Assembly: GCA_964448755.1 (NCBI GenBank)
Contig: CAYUXF010000004.1
Coordinates: forward strand, 1-51,672
Length of the DNA stretch: 51,672 nt
Origin: an uncultured bacterium
GTDB taxonomy: Bacteria; Margulisbacteria; Termititenacia; Termititenacales; CAYUXF01
Reading direction: 5' to 3'
Shown: in pieces, positions 34,266 through 46,466 of the stretch
How the letters are laid out: the number at the start of each line of letters is the position of its first letter
Numbering within the stretch: position 1 is the first letter of the stretch
Position numbers and translations under genes: made by a program
Notes under the pieces: generated by a model
The model's database searches: none
The model's input: only the letters and a program-made list of their open reading frames with translations
What the model was told of the DNA's origin: nothing

Positions 34266-37200
34266 ATGTTAGTTAGAAACCCAAATGATTTTAAGAGTAT
34301 AAAGATAGGTATTGCCGCGCCGGAGCGCATTCGCTTCTGGTCTTACGGCGAAGTAAAAAAACCGGAGACTATTAATTACCGTACTTTTAAACCGGAACGC
34401 AACGGTCTTTTCTGTGAAAAGATCTTTGGCCCGGTCAAAGACTGGGAATGTTCTTGCGGTAAATATCGCCGGGTCAGATACCGCGGTATTGTTTGCGAAC
34501 GCTGCGGTGTAGAAGTTACACACTCTAAAGTCCGCCGTGAGAGAATGGGTCATATCGAACTGGCAACTCCCGTTGTGCATATTTGGTTCTTAAAAGGTGC
34601 GCCAACACACGTTGGTTTAATGCTTGATATCCAGTATAAAATTCTGGAAAAAGTTGTTTATTATGATGCTTATATGATCACCGAAGTAGATGAGTCTATT
34701 AAAGGTGATATAGAAGTAAAACAGATCATTTCAGAATCTGAATATCTGGAATTAAAAAAGAAGTATGGCAATAAGTTCAAAGCGGAAATGGGCGCTAAAG
34801 CAATTAAAGATATTTTAGAGACTATTGATCTGCCAAAATTCATTAAACATTTGCGTAAAGAGCTGGTCACTTCCACCGGCGCTAAATATTTAAAATTAAC
34901 TAAACGTGTCCGCATTGCCGAAGCTTTCCAGAAATCTAATAACCGTCCGGAGTGGATGGTCATGGATTGTATCCCGGTCATGCCGCCGGATCTCAGACCA
35001 ATGGTCCAGTTAGAAGGCGGTCGTTTTGCTACTTCTGACCTTAACGATCTTTACAGAAGAGTTGTCAACAGAAACAACCGTTTAAAACGTCTTATTGATA
35101 TCGGTGCTCCTAATATGATCATCCGCAATGAGAAGAGAATGTTACAGGAAGCTGTGGATGTTCTTTTTGATAATGGCAAAAGAGGCCGTGCCGTAACTGG
35201 CAGCAACGGACGTCCGTTAAAATCTATTTCTGATATTGTTGAAGGTAAACAGGGTCGTTTTCGTCAGAACCTTCTGGGTAAACGCGTCGACTATTCCGGC
35301 CGTTCCGTTATCGTTGTCGGTCCAACACTTAAACTGCACCAGTGCGGTCTGCCTAAAGAGATGGCCATTGAGCTCTTTAAGCCGTTCATTATCAGAGAGC
35401 TGGTCAAAGACGGTCACGCGCAGAATGTTAAGTCTGCCAAACGTAAAATAGAAAACAAAGAAGTAGCGGTTTACGATGTTTTAGAAAAAGTTATTAAAGG
35501 GCATCCGGTTTTACTTAACCGCGCCCCGACACTGCACCGCCTTGGTATTCAGGCGTTTGAGCCGATCCTGGTAGAAGGTAAAGCTATCCAGATCCATCCG
35601 CTGGTTTGCGTGGCGTTTAACGCCGACTTTGACGGTGACCAGATGGCTGTTCACGTGCCACTTTCTTTAGAAGCACAGGCAGAGAGCCGTTTATTGATCA
35701 TGTCTTCTAATAACGTTCTTTCTCCTTCCAACGGCAATCCGATCATTACGCCGTCGCAGGATATGATCCTCGGCCTTTATTGTATGACAATTGACGCGCC
35801 GGAAGATGATAAAAAGCCGATGGTCTTTAAAGACAGCGAAGAAGCGCTTAAAGCTTATGCGCTTGGTCATATTAAACTGCAGTCCAAAATAGTAGTTCGT
35901 TATCATGGTGAAAAACTTGAAACAACAATTGGTAAACTTATTTTCAATAACACTGTTAATGAGGTTATTGAACATTTTGGCAAAGAGCGTTATCCGTATA
36001 TTACGCAAATGGTCGGCAAGAAAAAACTGGCCGCGCTGTTGTCCGATTGGTTCGATGTCTACGGTTCCACTATTACTTCAAAATTAGCGGACAGAATTAA
36101 AGATCTTGGTTTTCACTACGCTACACTGACCGGTGTTTCTATTGGTATCGATGATCTTGTAGTTCCTAACACTAAAGAAAAGATCATTGCCAAAGCAGAC
36201 AAAGAACAAGAGCGTTTAGAAAAACAATTAAAGTCCGGCGCGGTTTCTCTGCGTGAAATGAGAGAAAAGAGTCATAACCTCTGGCGTCAAGTTACGGCAG
36301 AAGTTACGGAAGAAATGAACAGCCAGCTCGGTCAATACAACAATATCTTTATTATGGCCAACTCCGGCGCCAGAGGTAATATTGACCAGGTCAGACAGCT
36401 CTCCGGTATGCGCGGTCTTATGGCTGACGCTTCCGGTAATACTGTAGATATTCCTATTAAGTCAAATTTCCGGGAAGGTCTTTCTATGACCGAGTACTTT
36501 ATTTCTTGTTACGGCGCGCGTAAGGGTGTTGTAGATACAGCGCTGCGTACCGCCGACTCCGGTTATTTAACCAGAAGGCTGGTCGACGTTGCTCAAGACG
36601 TTATGATCGTCGAAGAAGACTGTGGCTCTAAAGAGAGTATTATTGTTAAGGCCATTAAAGACGGTTATGAAATTGTTCTTTCGTTAGAAGAAAGAATTAA
36701 AGGGCGTGTCGCTGCCGAACAGATCAAAGATCTTATTGACGATACGGTCATTGTTAAAAAAGGTGAGATCATCACACCGCGTCTGGCCAAAAAAATTACT
36801 GAAGCCGGTTACGAGGAAATTAAAGTTCGTTCTGTGCTTACTTGTAAGAGCAGAAGAGGTATCTGCCGTAAATGTTACGGTGTCGATCTCTCTTCCCGTA
36901 AATTAATTAATATCGGTGAAGCGGTCGGTATTGTTGCCGCGCAGTCAATTGGTGAGCCTGGTACACAGCTGACTATGAGAACGTTCCATACTGGCGGTGT
37001 AGACTTAACCAAGTCGGCCGGTAAAATAGAGTTCAAAGCTAAAGTTGACGGCACTATTGAATTTGACGAGGCGGTCAAGCAGACTACCACTACAGACGAA
37101 GACGGCAATAAAATAAAAATTTTAGTTCGCGATTGTCATCTTAAATTACACCGTGTTAAAGGCAATATCTCTACTTACGATATCCCGGCCGGTGCTATTT

Positions 37201-38444
37201 TACTGGTCAAGAATGGTCAGAAGGTTAAAGAGGGTCAGGTTATTGCCGAGCATCAGCCTGCTTACGAATATGTTATTGCTGTTAACGAAGGTATCATTGA
37301 GTATCACGGCTTTTCTATTCAGAGCCGCGAAGGTGAGCAGATCGCCAAGAGCGACGGCGAAGCCTTTATTCATGACCCCAAAGTTTACAGAGATTATATC
37401 GTGCCCAAAGATGTGGAAATTTATGTTGAAAAAAATGAGCGGGTCCGCAATGACGAAGAACTGGCCCTGGGCGTGGTTTCAGAATCAGCCGGCCGCGTCA
37501 TTGATATAATTTCGGAAGACAATAAAAATATTGTTATCAGATTAGCGCTTGGTGAAAATTATCCTATTTTGGCCGGTGCCAGACTTTACTTTGAAGAAGG
37601 TGCAAAGGTAAGTATAGACGAGGTTATCGCCAGAGAGTCCGGCGGTCTTAAGGTTGGCGCGCGTGATATCGTTGCCGGTCTGCCGCGTGTAGAAGAATTG
37701 GTAGAAGCTCGTAAGCCTAAAAAGACAGCGCTGCTTTCAGAAATTGCCGGTGTGGCAGAAATTTCCGAGAAAGACGGTATGCGTATTGTCAGAATTATTT
37801 CCGGTAAACAGAAAAAAGAGTACAAAGTTCCGTTTGGTGTCAGGCTGAAAGCCTTCCCTGGCAAACACGTAGAAAAAGGGGAACAGTTAACTGAAGGTTC
37901 GATCAATCCGCATGACGTAATTTCTATTAACGGCAAAGAGGCTGCACAGCAGTTCCTGGCAGAAGAGGTCCAAAAAGTTTACCTTTCACAGGGCGTTGTC
38001 ACTAATGACAGACATATTGAAACTATCATCAGACAAATGTCTAAAAAAGTGAGAATTAGAGAGATCGGCGATTCTGAATACCTAACAGATGATTACATTG
38101 AATACGAAGCTTACATGGACACTAATGCTAAACTTAAAGAAGCAGGGAAAACACCGGCCATTGGCGATGAAGTTCTTCTGGGTATCACTAAAGCTTCGTT
38201 AAATACAGATAGTGTTATTTCGGCTGCTTCTTTCCAGGAAACATCTTCTGTGCTCACTAAGGCGGCGGTTAAAGGGAAGATAGACCCAATGCTTGGTCTT
38301 AAAGAGAATGTCATTATTGGTAAACTAATTCCGGCTGGTACCGGTTTTGATCAAAATGAGAATGTCTCTTTACGGGCTACCGAAGAGGGTGTCAGTCTGG
38401 AAGCCGCTGAAGATGTTCTGGAAGAGGAAATTTTTAAAATATAA
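34266..38444 (+). CDS. rpoC: DNA-directed RNA polymerase subunit beta' (unsplit, with trigger-loop insertion)
   Basis: Zinc motif CSCGKY...CERCGVEV, catalytic NADFDGDQM, and trigger loop TFHTGG ... [24 protein letters not shown] upstream. Confidence 0.95.
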   Translation: MLVRNPNDFKSIKIGIAAPERIRFWSYGEVKKPETINYRTFKPERNGLFCEKIFGPVKDWECSCGKYRRVRYRGIVCERCGVEVTHSKVRRERMGHIELATPVVHIWFLKGAPTHVGLMLDIQYKILEKVVYYDAYMITEVDESIKGDIEVKQIISESEYLELKKKYGNKFKAEMGAKAIKDILETIDLPKFIKHLRKELVTSTGAKYLKLTKRVRIAEAFQKSNNRPEWMVMDCIPVMPPDLRPMVQLEGGRFATSDLNDLYRRVVNRNNRLKRLIDIGAPNMIIRNEKRMLQEAVDVLFDNGKRGRAVTGSNGRPLKSISDIVEGKQGRFRQNLLGKRVDYSGRSVIVVGPTLKLHQCGLPKEMAIELFKPFIIRELVKDGHAQNVKSAKRKIENKEVAVYDVLEKVIKGHPVLLNRAPTLHRLGIQAFEPILVEGKAIQIHPLVCVAFNADFDGDQMAVHVPLSLEAQAESRLLIMSSNNVLSPSNGNPIITPSQDMILGLYCMTIDAPEDDKKPMVFKDSEEALKAYALGHIKLQSKIVVRYHGEKLETTIGKLIFNNTVNEVIEHFGKERYPYITQMVGKKKLAALLSDWFDVYGSTITSKLADRIKDLGFHYATLTGVSIGIDDLVVPNTKEKIIAKADKEQERLEKQLKSGAVSLREMREKSHNLWRQVTAEVTEEMNSQLGQYNNIFIMANSGARGNIDQVRQLSGMRGLMADASGNTVDIPIKSNFREGLSMTEYFISCYGARKGVVDTALRTADSGYLTRRLVDVAQDVMIVEEDCGSKESIIVKAIKDGYEIVLSLEERIKGRVAAEQIKDLIDDTVIVKKGEIITPRLAKKITEAGYEEIKVRSVLTCKSRRGICRKCYGVDLSSRKLINIGEAVGIVAAQSIGEPGTQLTMRTFHTGGVDLTKSAGKIEFKAKVDGTIEFDEAVKQTTTTDEDGNKIKILVRDCHLKLHRVKGNISTYDIPAGAILLVKNGQKVKEGQVIAEHQPAYEYVIAVNEGIIEYHGFSIQSREGEQIAKSDGEAFIHDPKVYRDYIVPKDVEIYVEKNERVRNDEELALGVVSESAGRVIDIISEDNKNIVIRLALGENYPILAGARLYFEEGAKVSIDEVIARESGGLKVGARDIVAGLPRVEELVEARKPKKTALLSEIAGVAEISEKDGMRIVRIISGKQKKEYKVPFGVRLKAFPGKHVEKGEQLTEGSINPHDVISINGKEAAQQFLAEEVQKVYLSQGVVTNDRHIETIIRQMSKKVRIREIGDSEYLTDDYIEYEAYMDTNAKLKEAGKTPAIGDEVLLGITKASLNTDSVISAASFQETSSVLTKAAVKGKIDPMLGLKENVIIGKLIPAGTGFDQNENVSLRATEEGVSLEAAEDVLEEEIFKI

Positions 38445-38483
38445 AAAAGACGGCGTTGTATTATATTATTAAGAATATTTTTC

Positions 38484-38512
38484 TTGACAAGGATTTTTTG
38501 CTGTAATACAAT
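38484..38512 (+). promoter_or_regulatory. Sigma-70-type promoter upstream of rpsL
   Basis: TTGACA (38484-38489), 17 nt spacer, TACAAT (38507-38512). It lies in the 155-nt rpoC-rpsL spacer. Confidence 0.6.
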
Positions 38513-38599
38513 AGCCGTCCTTTTTGTGCACAAAATAGATATTTTTTGCCTTAAATAAGAGGAATTTTAATATAAAAAACGGAAGATGGAGAAATTTGA

Positions 38600-38980
38600 A
38601 TGCCGACAATAAACCAGTTAATGAAAAAGGGAAGAAAAAAGCTTAAAAAGAAGTCAAAATCACCTGCCATGCACGCCTGTCCGCAAAAACGCGGCGTTTG
38701 TGTTAAGGTTTATACTACTACGCCTAAAAAGCCCAACTCTGCTCTGCGTAAGGTTGCCCGTGTGGTTCTTTCCAATAAAGAAGAAGTTACAGCTTATATT
38801 CCCGGCGAAGGTCATAATTTGCAAGAACACTCTATTGTTATGATTCGCGGCGGCCGTGTTAAAGATTTACCTGGTGTTCGTTACCATATTGTGCGCGGCA
38901 CACTAGATACTGCCGGTGTCGATAAACGTAATCAAGCCCGTTCTAAGTACGGTAAAAAAGTTGATAAGAAGAAAAAATAG
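38600..38980 (+). CDS. rpsL: 30S ribosomal protein S12
   Basis: MPTINQL...[14 protein letters not shown]...GVRYHIVRG. Confidence 0.95.
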   Translation: MPTINQLMKKGRKKLKKKSKSPAMHACPQKRGVCVKVYTTTPKKPNSALRKVARVVLSNKEEVTAYIPGEGHNLQEHSIVMIRGGRVKDLPGVRYHIVRGTLDTAGVDKRNQARSKYGKKVDKKKK

Positions 38981-38994
38981 GAGTTAGTTAAACT

Positions 38995-39465
38995 ATGTCA
39001 AGAAGAAATAGAGCTAAAAAGAGAGAAATTATTCCAGATCCAATTCACGGCAGCACGTTAGTAACGGCGATGGTTTCCCGCTTAATTCTGGGCGGTAAAA
39101 AAGCTACTGCTGAAAAAATTTTATATGGTGCTATCAATAATTTGGCTGAAAAGACCGGTAAAGACGGCCTGGAAGTTTTTGATCAAGCCATTCAAAATGT
39201 TAAGCCGGTCATGGAAGTTAAATCCAGACGTGTCGGCGGTGCTAATTATCAAGTTCCTATTGAGGTTCGGCCGGAAAGAGCTATTGCTCTGGCTTTAAGA
39301 TGGATAGTAGCTAATTCACGCTCTAAAAAAGGCAAAGCAATGGCCGAGCGTTTAACAGATGAACTGCTCGATGCCTATAACAATACCGGCGCTTCTATTA
39401 AAAAAAGAGAGGATACACATAAAATGGCTGAAGCTAATAAAGCGTTCGCTCATTTTAGATGGTAG
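38995..39465 (+). CDS. rpsG: 30S ribosomal protein S7
   Basis: [16 protein letters not shown]...[14 protein letters not shown]...AFAHFRW. Confidence 0.95.
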   Translation: MSRRNRAKKREIIPDPIHGSTLVTAMVSRLILGGKKATAEKILYGAINNLAEKTGKDGLEVFDQAIQNVKPVMEVKSRRVGGANYQVPIEVRPERAIALALRWIVANSRSKKGKAMAERLTDELLDAYNNTGASIKKREDTHKMAEANKAFAHFRW

Positions 39466-39483
39466 TTTGAGGGGAGAAGAAAA

Positions 39484-41577
39484 TTGGCTAGAAAAATATC
39501 ATTAGAAAATACAAGAAATATCGGTATCGCCGCGCACATTGATGCCGGTAAAACAACACTTTCGGAGAGAATTTTATTCTATACCGGTGTTTCGCATAAA
39601 ATTGGTGAAGTTCATGATGGCGCCGCTGTTATGGACTGGATGGAACAGGAGCAGGATCGAGGTATCACTATTACTTCCGCTGCTACTACTTGTTTTTGGG
39701 ATAAAGACGGAATTAAAAACAGAGTTAACATTATTGATACACCCGGGCACGTTGACTTTACTGTAGAAGTAGAGCGTTCTCTGCGTGTTTTAGACGGCGT
39801 TGTTACGGTTTTTTGTGCTGTCGGCGCTGTGCAACCGCAGTCAGAGACAGTTTGGCGTCAGGCTACTAAATACAAAGTTCCGCGCATTGTTTTCGTCAAT
39901 AAAATGGACCGTGTCGGTGCCGATTTTTTTAATGTAGAAAAACAGATCGTCCAAAAATTACAGGCTAATCCTGTGCCTATTGAATTGCCAATCGGCTGTG
40001 AGGACAGCTTAAAAGGTGTAGTTGATCTGGTTGAAATGAGATCTATAACTCACACTGGTGAGAGAAATACGCAGTTAGTTTACTCTAATGATCTGCCGGA
40101 AGATATGAAAGACGTTATTGCCAAGTACAGAGAAAAACTCATTGAAGCGGCTGCTGAGCAGGATGATACCTTAATGGAAAAATATCTTGAGGGTAATGAA
40201 CTGACCGTTGCGGAAATAAAAAAAGGTCTCCGCCTTGGTACTTTAAAAGGCGCTATTGTGCCAATGACCTGCGGTTCAGCTTTTAAAGATACCGGTATTC
40301 AGCCGCTCTTAAATGCTGTTGTCGACTATTTGCCATCGCCTTTAGATGTTGATGTAACAGGTACTAACCCGGATACTGGTGAAGAGATAAAATTAAAAAT
40401 TGCCGATAACGAGCCTTTTAGAGCCTTAGCTTTTAAAGTTGCTACCGATCCTTTTGTCGGACGTTTAACTTTTGTGCGCGTTTATTCCGGTATGCTTAAT
40501 TCTGGTTCATATGTTTATAACTATACAACTAATACCAAAGAGCGTATTGGCCGTTTAGTGCAAATGCACGCCAATAAGCGCGATGAAATTAGCGAAGTTT
40601 ATGCCGGTGATATCGCTGCGGTCATTGGTCTTAAAAATACTAAAACCGGTGATACCCTGGCAGATGAAGGCAAACCGGTTCTCTTAGAATCTATTGAATT
40701 CCCGGAAACTGTTATCGACGTTGCTATTGAGCCCAAGACCAAAGCTGACCAGGAAAAAATGGGTATTGCTTTACAGAAACTGGCCGAAGAAGATCCTACT
40801 TTTAAAGTTCGTTCAGACGAAGAGACCAGCCAGACCGTTATTTCCGGTATGGGTGAGTTACACTTAGAAATTATTGTCGACAGAATGATGCGTGAGTTTA
40901 AAGTAGAAGCTAATGTCGGTAAACCGCAGGTAGCTTATCGTGAAACCATTAAAACTGCTGTTGAGCAAGAAGGTAAGTTTATTCGTCAGTCCGGCGGCCG
41001 CGGTCAATATGGTCACGTTTGGATCAAGCTGGAGCCCAATGAAAAAGGTAAAGGCTACGAGTTTGTTAATAAAATTGTCGGTGGTGCTATTCCTAAAGAA
41101 TACATCAATCCGGTAGATAAAGGTATTAAAGAAACTTTAGAGTCTGGTATTTTAGCCGGCTACCCGGTTATTGATGTTAAAGCAACGCTGTTTGACGGTT
41201 CTTTCCACGAGGTTGACTCTTCAGAGGTTGCCTTTAAAGTAGCTGCTTCTATGGCGGTCAAAGAGGCTTTCCATAAATGTCAGCCGGCCTTACTTGAGCC
41301 AATCATGGACATTGAAGTTGTGGTTCCGGAAGCTAACTCTGGCGATGTTATTGGCGATGTCAGCAGCCGCCGCGGACGTATTGAAGGTATGGAGTCCACA
41401 CATGGCATGCAGAATATCAGGGCCAAAGTTCCGCTGGCAGAAATGTTCGGTTACTCAACAGATTTGCGCAGTTTAACGCAGGGCCGTGGCAACTACACCA
41501 TGCAGTTTGCCGACTATGAAGAGGCGCCGCGCAATGTAACTGAAGAGATCGTTAAGAAATTTAAAGGCGAGAAATAA
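39484..41577 (+). CDS. fusA: Elongation factor G
   Basis: TTG start. [30 protein letters not shown]. 697 aa. Confidence 0.95.
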   Translation: MARKISLENTRNIGIAAHIDAGKTTLSERILFYTGVSHKIGEVHDGAAVMDWMEQEQDRGITITSAATTCFWDKDGIKNRVNIIDTPGHVDFTVEVERSLRVLDGVVTVFCAVGAVQPQSETVWRQATKYKVPRIVFVNKMDRVGADFFNVEKQIVQKLQANPVPIELPIGCEDSLKGVVDLVEMRSITHTGERNTQLVYSNDLPEDMKDVIAKYREKLIEAAAEQDDTLMEKYLEGNELTVAEIKKGLRLGTLKGAIVPMTCGSAFKDTGIQPLLNAVVDYLPSPLDVDVTGTNPDTGEEIKLKIADNEPFRALAFKVATDPFVGRLTFVRVYSGMLNSGSYVYNYTTNTKERIGRLVQMHANKRDEISEVYAGDIAAVIGLKNTKTGDTLADEGKPVLLESIEFPETVIDVAIEPKTKADQEKMGIALQKLAEEDPTFKVRSDEETSQTVISGMGELHLEIIVDRMMREFKVEANVGKPQVAYRETIKTAVEQEGKFIRQSGGRGQYGHVWIKLEPNEKGKGYEFVNKIVGGAIPKEYINPVDKGIKETLESGILAGYPVIDVKATLFDGSFHEVDSSEVAFKVAASMAVKEAFHKCQPALLEPIMDIEVVVPEANSGDVIGDVSSRRGRIEGMESTHGMQNIRAKVPLAEMFGYSTDLRSLTQGRGNYTMQFADYEEAPRNVTEEIVKKFKGEK

Positions 41578-41604
41578 GAGAGAAAAAATTTAAAAGAGGA
41601 AACT

Positions 41605-41952
41605 ATGACAGCAACAAAAGGAAAAACAAAAACCAGGATCAAAGCTAATCAGAAAGTGCGCATTAAGCTCAAGGCTTTTGACTACCGTTTGCTCGACCAA
41701 TCGGCAGCCAAAATTGTCGGGACCGCTCAGCGTTCCGGCGCTAAAGTCTATGGGCCGGTGCCGCTGCCGACAGATATTAAAAGATGGTCGGTCACTAAAT
41801 CACCGCACGTCAATAAAAAGTCCGGTGAGCATTTTGATCTGCGTATCCATAAACGGCTTATCGATATTATCGATCCGCCGGCGTCAGCTGTGGATGGTTT
41901 AATGACACTGGACCTGCCGTCAGGTGTTGATATTGAAATAAAGTTACAGTAA
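41605..41952 (+). CDS. rpsJ: 30S ribosomal protein S10 (short N-terminal extension)
   Basis: [38 protein letters not shown]. Confidence 0.95.
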   Translation: MTATKGKTKTRIKANQKVRIKLKAFDYRLLDQSAAKIVGTAQRSGAKVYGPVPLPTDIKRWSVTKSPHVNKKSGEHFDLRIHKRLIDIIDPPASAVDGLMTLDLPSGVDIEIKLQ

Positions 41953-41964
41953 AGAGGAAGAAAA

Positions 41965-42675
41965 ATGAAGGCTATAGTTGGTAAAAAATTAGGAATGACA
42001 AGAATATTTAATGACGACGGTTCTTTAGTGCCGGTAACGGTAGTAGAGGCTGGTCCTTGTGTTGTTTTGCAGCGCAAGACAGTTCAGAAAGACGGTTACT
42101 CCGCTCTGCAAGTCGGTTTTGGCGCTAAAAAAGAGCAGCGAGCAAATAAAGCAGAATTAGGTCATGCTAAAAAAGCTGGTCTGACAGCCGCCAATAAATA
42201 TGTTGTTGAATTTGTTGTGCCGGAAGAACTCAAGGTTAATGCCGGTGCTGTTATTAAGCCGACAATTTTTGATAAAGGTGAGAAAGTAAGTGTTACCGGT
42301 ACATCTATCGGTAAAGGTTTTCAGGGTACTACCAAACGCTGGGGTTTTACTATCGGTCAAATGACTCACGGTTCTAAAACACATCGCGGACCTGGTACAT
42401 TGGGGCCAGGAACCGGTAAAAGTAATGTATTTAAAGGGAAAAAATTACCTGGACATATGGGTAATAAAAAAGTTACAATAGCCGGCCTTGAAATAGTGGA
42501 CATTTTAGAAGATAAGAACGTTCTTTTAATTAGCGGTGCTATTCCCGGTCCTAAAAACGGCTATGTTATTATAAAAACTAAAGAAGCCGACTTTAGTGCC
42601 GATAAAATAGAGCAGGCTCAAGGAAATGTTGTTGCCGAGCAGGAAGTCTCAACAGAAAACAAGGCTTCAGAATAA
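41965..42675 (+). CDS. rplC: 50S ribosomal protein L3 (C-terminal extension)
   Basis: GKKLGMTRIFNDDGSLVPVTVVEAGPC...GKGFQGTTKRWGF. Confidence 0.95.
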   Translation: MKAIVGKKLGMTRIFNDDGSLVPVTVVEAGPCVVLQRKTVQKDGYSALQVGFGAKKEQRANKAELGHAKKAGLTAANKYVVEFVVPEELKVNAGAVIKPTIFDKGEKVSVTGTSIGKGFQGTTKRWGFTIGQMTHGSKTHRGPGTLGPGTGKSNVFKGKKLPGHMGNKKVTIAGLEIVDILEDKNVLLISGAIPGPKNGYVIIKTKEADFSADKIEQAQGNVVAEQEVSTENKASE

Positions 42676-42756
42676 AATAAAAAATACGGTCGACAGATAA
42701 TATTTTTTAATATTATCCGGTCAGGATCAATACGTAAATTAAAGGGTAGAGAGAAG

Positions 42757-43383
42757 ATGAAAATGGAAATAAATATATACAACTTAGAAGGAAAACAAGA
42801 AGCAGAAAAATTAACTGTCAGCAAAGAGGTCTTTGGCGGCAAAGTTAATAAGAGTTTATTACACCTCTATACGCTCTGGTATTTAGCCAACTCCCGTGCC
42901 GGCAGTGCTAATACTAAAACCAAATCAGAAGTCCGCGGCGGTGGCAGAAAGCCCTACAGACAAAAAGGGACCGGCGGTGCCAGAAGAGGTTCTACTCGTA
43001 CTCCTTTAACCAGAGGCGGCGGCGTTATTTTTGGTCCTAAGCCGCGCAGCTTTTCGTTTAAGTTTACTAAAAAAATGAAACGGGCTACTTTAATTTCGGC
43101 GTTGAGCAGCAAAAAAGAAAATCTTATTGTAGTTAAAGATATGAACATTAAAGCACCTAAGACCAAAGAGATGGCCAGAATTATTAATAATTTTGATCTC
43201 AAGGGCAATGCTCTGTTCGTAGATGTTAAAGCTGGTGAGAATCTTTTGAGAGCGGCGCAGAACATTAAATATGTTAAGACTTATGATATCGATAATGTTA
43301 ATGCCTATGACCTTTTAAAATACGAGAAAGTTTTTTTTACGGTCGATGCTGTTAAAAAAATAGAGGAGAAGTTAGTAAAATGA
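42757..43383 (+). CDS. rplD: 50S ribosomal protein L4
   Basis: RGGGRKPYRQKGTGGARRGSTRTPLTRGGGVIFGPKPR. Confidence 0.95.
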   Translation: MKMEINIYNLEGKQEAEKLTVSKEVFGGKVNKSLLHLYTLWYLANSRAGSANTKTKSEVRGGGRKPYRQKGTGGARRGSTRTPLTRGGGVIFGPKPRSFSFKFTKKMKRATLISALSSKKENLIVVKDMNIKAPKTKEMARIINNFDLKGNALFVDVKAGENLLRAAQNIKYVKTYDIDNVNAYDLLKYEKVFFTVDAVKKIEEKLVK

Positions 43384-43664
43384 AGACGATCTATGACATA
43401 ATCGTAAGACCGGTAATAACCGAGAAATCAAGCACAGAGAACGCCGCAGGCAAGTATACTTTCATTGTCAACGATGACTGTAATAAAATAGAGATTCGCA
43501 ACGCCGTTGAGAAAATTTATAACGTCAAAGTAAAAAGAGTTAATACGCTCAATGTCAAAGGTAAAAAAGTTCGGTTAGGCAGAAAAGAAGGCAAAAAATC
43601 AGATGTTAAAAAAGCGGTAGTTTTTTTACAGGCTGGTCAAAAAATAGAATCTTTAATAGGTTAA
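43380..43664 (+). CDS. rplW: 50S ribosomal protein L23
   Basis: ATGA overlap with rplD. IVRPVITEKS...FIVNDDCNKIEIRNAVEKIYNVKV. Confidence 0.95.
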   Translation: MKTIYDIIVRPVITEKSSTENAAGKYTFIVNDDCNKIEIRNAVEKIYNVKVKRVNTLNVKGKKVRLGRKEGKKSDVKKAVVFLQAGQKIESLIG

Positions 43665-43680
43665 AAAAGAGGTAAGATAA

Positions 43681-44511
43681 ATGGCTACAAAAGAAAGAAA
43701 ATCAATAACTAATAGCAGCAGAAACACTGTCCTGTTGACTTTTGAGGAGCTGACAAAAAATAAGCCGGAAAAGTCGCTGGTAGTTAAATATAAAAAGAAC
43801 TCCGGCCGCAACAATCAGGGGCGGATCACTTGTCGTCATAAAGGCGGCGGCAGCAAAAAGTTCTATCGTCTCATTGATTTTAAAAGAGACAAAGACAATA
43901 TTCCGGCTAAAGTTCAGTCTATTGAATACGATCCTAACAGATCTGCTTTTATCTCTTTGTTAGCCTATAACGATGGTGAAAAGAGATATATATTAGCGCC
44001 TAAAGGTATTAAAGTTGACGATGAATTAATGTCCGGGCCGCAGGCGGAAATTAAGATCGGCAATTCACTGCCTATTTCCAATATTCCCATCGGTACAGTT
44101 ATTCATAATATTGAGCTGGTCGCTGGCAAAGGCGCGCAAATAGTTCGTTCAGCTGGTTCTTCGGCGCAGATCGTGGCCAAAGAGGGTGAATATGCTGTAA
44201 TTAAAATGCCGTCATCAGAATTAAGATTAGTCCGCATTGAGTGCCGCGCCACTATCGGCGTTGTCTCTAACGAAGACTACGGCAATACCAGTAAAGGTAA
44301 AGCTGGCCGCAACAGATGGCTGGGTATCAGACCAACTGTCAGAGGTTCTGCTATGAATCCTAACGATCACCCGCATGGTGGTGGTGAAGGTTGTTCGCCA
44401 ATTGGTCATGCTTCACCGAGATCACCCTGGGGTTGGAAAACTCTTGGTAAAAAGACCAGAAAAGATAAGAAACCTTCTGGCCGCTTAATTACTAGAAGAA
44501 GAAATAAATAA
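43681..44511 (+). CDS. rplB: 50S ribosomal protein L2
   Basis: [16 protein letters not shown]...[17 protein letters not shown]. Confidence 0.95.
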   Translation: MATKERKSITNSSRNTVLLTFEELTKNKPEKSLVVKYKKNSGRNNQGRITCRHKGGGSKKFYRLIDFKRDKDNIPAKVQSIEYDPNRSAFISLLAYNDGEKRYILAPKGIKVDDELMSGPQAEIKIGNSLPISNIPIGTVIHNIELVAGKGAQIVRSAGSSAQIVAKEGEYAVIKMPSSELRLVRIECRATIGVVSNEDYGNTSKGKAGRNRWLGIRPTVRGSAMNPNDHPHGGGEGCSPIGHASPRSPWGWKTLGKKTRKDKKPSGRLITRRRNK

Positions 44512-44532
44512 ATTTAGTTAAAGGAGTAGTTT

Positions 44533-44808
44533 GTGTCTAGATCTTTAAAAAAAGGCCCTTTTTGCGACGATCATTTGTTGAAAAAAGTAAATGAAATGAA
44601 CGATAAAGGCGAGAAAAAAATGCTCAAAACCTGGTCGAGAAGATCGGTTATTTTTCCTGAAATGGTCGGCCATACAATTGCCGTTCATAATGGTATTAAA
44701 CATATTCCTGTTTTCATTAATGAGAACATGGTCGGCTATAAATTAGGCGAATTTGTTTTTACCCGCACATTTAAGGGTCATAGCGGACACAGAAAGGAAG
44801 GGAACTAA
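44533..44808 (+). CDS. rpsS: 30S ribosomal protein S19
   Basis: GTG start. SRSLKKGPF...GHTIAVHNG...[12 protein letters not shown]. Confidence 0.95.
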   Translation: MSRSLKKGPFCDDHLLKKVNEMNDKGEKKMLKTWSRRSVIFPEMVGHTIAVHNGIKHIPVFINENMVGYKLGEFVFTRTFKGHSGHRKEGN

Positions 44809-44810
44809 TT

Positions 44811-45155
44811 ATGGCATTGGTACAAGCTAAGGCCAAGTATTTAAGAATATCGCCAAAAAAAGTAGATAGAGTTTTAGAACATATTCGCGGTAAAGATGTT
44901 ACTGAGGCCATGAATGTCCTGAAATTTATTCCTAATTCCGGCGCCCGCTACGTTGAAAAAGTTTTAAAGTCAGCGGTCTCTAACGCAGAAAATAACAATA
45001 AGCTTAACAAGAGCGAGCTTAAAGTTGCCGAAGCCATTGTCAGCAGCGGTATGGTCTTAAAAAGATTCAGAGCAGCAGCGCGTGGCCGCGGCGTGCGTAT
45101 TGAGAAACTGACATCGCATATAACTATATCGTTAGCAGAAAAGGGAGTTAGATAA
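44811..45155 (+). CDS. rplV: 50S ribosomal protein L22
   Basis: [34 protein letters not shown]. Confidence 0.95.
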   Translation: MALVQAKAKYLRISPKKVDRVLEHIRGKDVTEAMNVLKFIPNSGARYVEKVLKSAVSNAENNNKLNKSELKVAEAIVSSGMVLKRFRAAARGRGVRIEKLTSHITISLAEKGVR

Positions 45156-45853
45156 TGGGACAAAAAGTAGATCCTAGAGCACTAAGACTTGGGATAAACA
45201 AAGATTGGGACAGTGAGTGGTATGCCTCTAAAAAGGATTATGCGGCTTATTTATTAGAAGACGATAAACTGCGCAAGTTCTTAAAAAAAGAATTGTTTAA
45301 AGCAGGTGTTTCCCGCATTGTTATTAGAAGAAAAGCTAAGCACGTTATTATCGATATTATTTGTGCCCGTCCCGGCATGATCATCGGTAAAGGCGGTCAG
45401 GAAGCGGAAAAACTAAAACAACATCTTGTTAAAATGGTTAACAAGGAAGTTCAGTTAAATATTAAAGAAGAAGAGAATGTTTCTATTAATTCTCTGCTTT
45501 TGGCCGAGAGCGTTGCTTTTCAGCTGGCTAAGCGTATGCCTTTTAGAAGAGCTATGAAGCAAGCTATTACCAGAGCCTTAAAGGGCGGCGCCCAGGGTAT
45601 TAAAATAAGAGTTGCCGGCCGTTTAAATGGCGCCGAAATTGCCCGGGCGGAGTGGTATTTAGAGGGTAAAGTTCCTCTGCATACACTGCGTTCCGATATC
45701 GATTACGGTTTTGCCGAAGCGGATACTACCTACGGTAAAATTGGTGTCAAAGTTTGGGTTTACAAAGGTGATATTCTCGATAAAAAACAAGTTAAGTTAG
45801 ATGTTAAAGCTGATGTAGAGTTAGAGGAGGAACGCGAAAATGTTAATGCCTAA
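45155..45853 (+). CDS. rpsC: 30S ribosomal protein S3
   Basis: TAATG overlap with rpl[14 protein letters not shown]...[25 protein letters not shown]. Confidence 0.95.
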   Translation: MGQKVDPRALRLGINKDWDSEWYASKKDYAAYLLEDDKLRKFLKKELFKAGVSRIVIRRKAKHVIIDIICARPGMIIGKGGQEAEKLKQHLVKMVNKEVQLNIKEEENVSINSLLLAESVAFQLAKRMPFRRAMKQAITRALKGGAQGIKIRVAGRLNGAEIARAEWYLEGKVPLHTLRSDIDYGFAEADTTYGKIGVKVWVYKGDILDKKQVKLDVKADVELEEERENVNA

Positions 45854-46253
45854 ACGCACTAAATACCGCAAACAACAGCGCGGCAGAAACAGAGGCGAAG
45901 CAACAAGAGGAAATAAAATTTCTTTCGGTTCTTTTGGTATTCAAGCCCTGGAAGGTTGTCAAATTACCAGCCGGCAGATCGAAGCGGCCAGAAAAACTAT
46001 CAGCCGTCAGGTTGTCCGTGGCGGTAAAGTTTGGATCCGGATTTTCCCGGACCATGTTATCACTTCACGTCCGGCCGATACCCGTATGGGTAAAGGTAAA
46101 GGCGCGCCGTTACACTGGGTAGCGGTAGTCAGACCTGGTAAGATTTTATTTGAAATGGCCGGTATTGACAAAGAGCTGGCTAAAAAAGCTTTAAAAATGG
46201 CCGGTTATAAACTGCCTTGCAAAACAAGATTCATAGCGTTAGAAGAGGTATAG
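45840..46253 (+). CDS. rplP: 50S ribosomal protein L16
   Basis: [19 protein letters not shown]...RMGKGKG. Confidence 0.95.
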   Translation: MLMPKRTKYRKQQRGRNRGEATRGNKISFGSFGIQALEGCQITSRQIEAARKTISRQVVRGGKVWIRIFPDHVITSRPADTRMGKGKGAPLHWVAVVRPGKILFEMAGIDKELAKKALKMAGYKLPCKTRFIALEEV

Positions 46254-46256
46254 ACC

Positions 46257-46463
46257 ATGATGAAAATAGAAGAAATTAAAAAAATGGATTTAGCGGCAAT
46301 TACAGCTAAAATAGTAGAATTAAAAAAGTCTGTTTTTGACAATAAACAAAAACTTTTAAAAGGCGAACTGCAGAATACCAGCTTGATCTCTAAAGAGAAA
46401 AAAGAGATCGCTCAGCTGAGCATGGTCCTTAATGAAAAAAAGAAAGAAGTCAGGAGCAAGTAA
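46257..46463 (+). CDS. rpmC: 50S ribosomal protein L29
   Basis: 68 aa, helical. Its position between rplP and rpsQ supports the call. Confidence 0.9.
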   Translation: MMKIEEIKKMDLAAITAKIVELKKSVFDNKQKLLKGELQNTSLISKEKKEIAQLSMVLNEKKKEVRSK

Positions 46464-46466
46464 AAG

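Noticed and set aside
38449-38519. Long-range inverted repeat AAAAAGACGGC ... GCCGTCCTTTTT bracketing the rpsL promoter. It could be read as an rpoC terminator.
   Set aside because: The 6-bp stem would enclose a loop of about 59 nt, which is far outside intrinsic-terminator geometry. It is more likely coincidental, or the 3' half plays a role in the rpsL leader. It is not reported as a feature.
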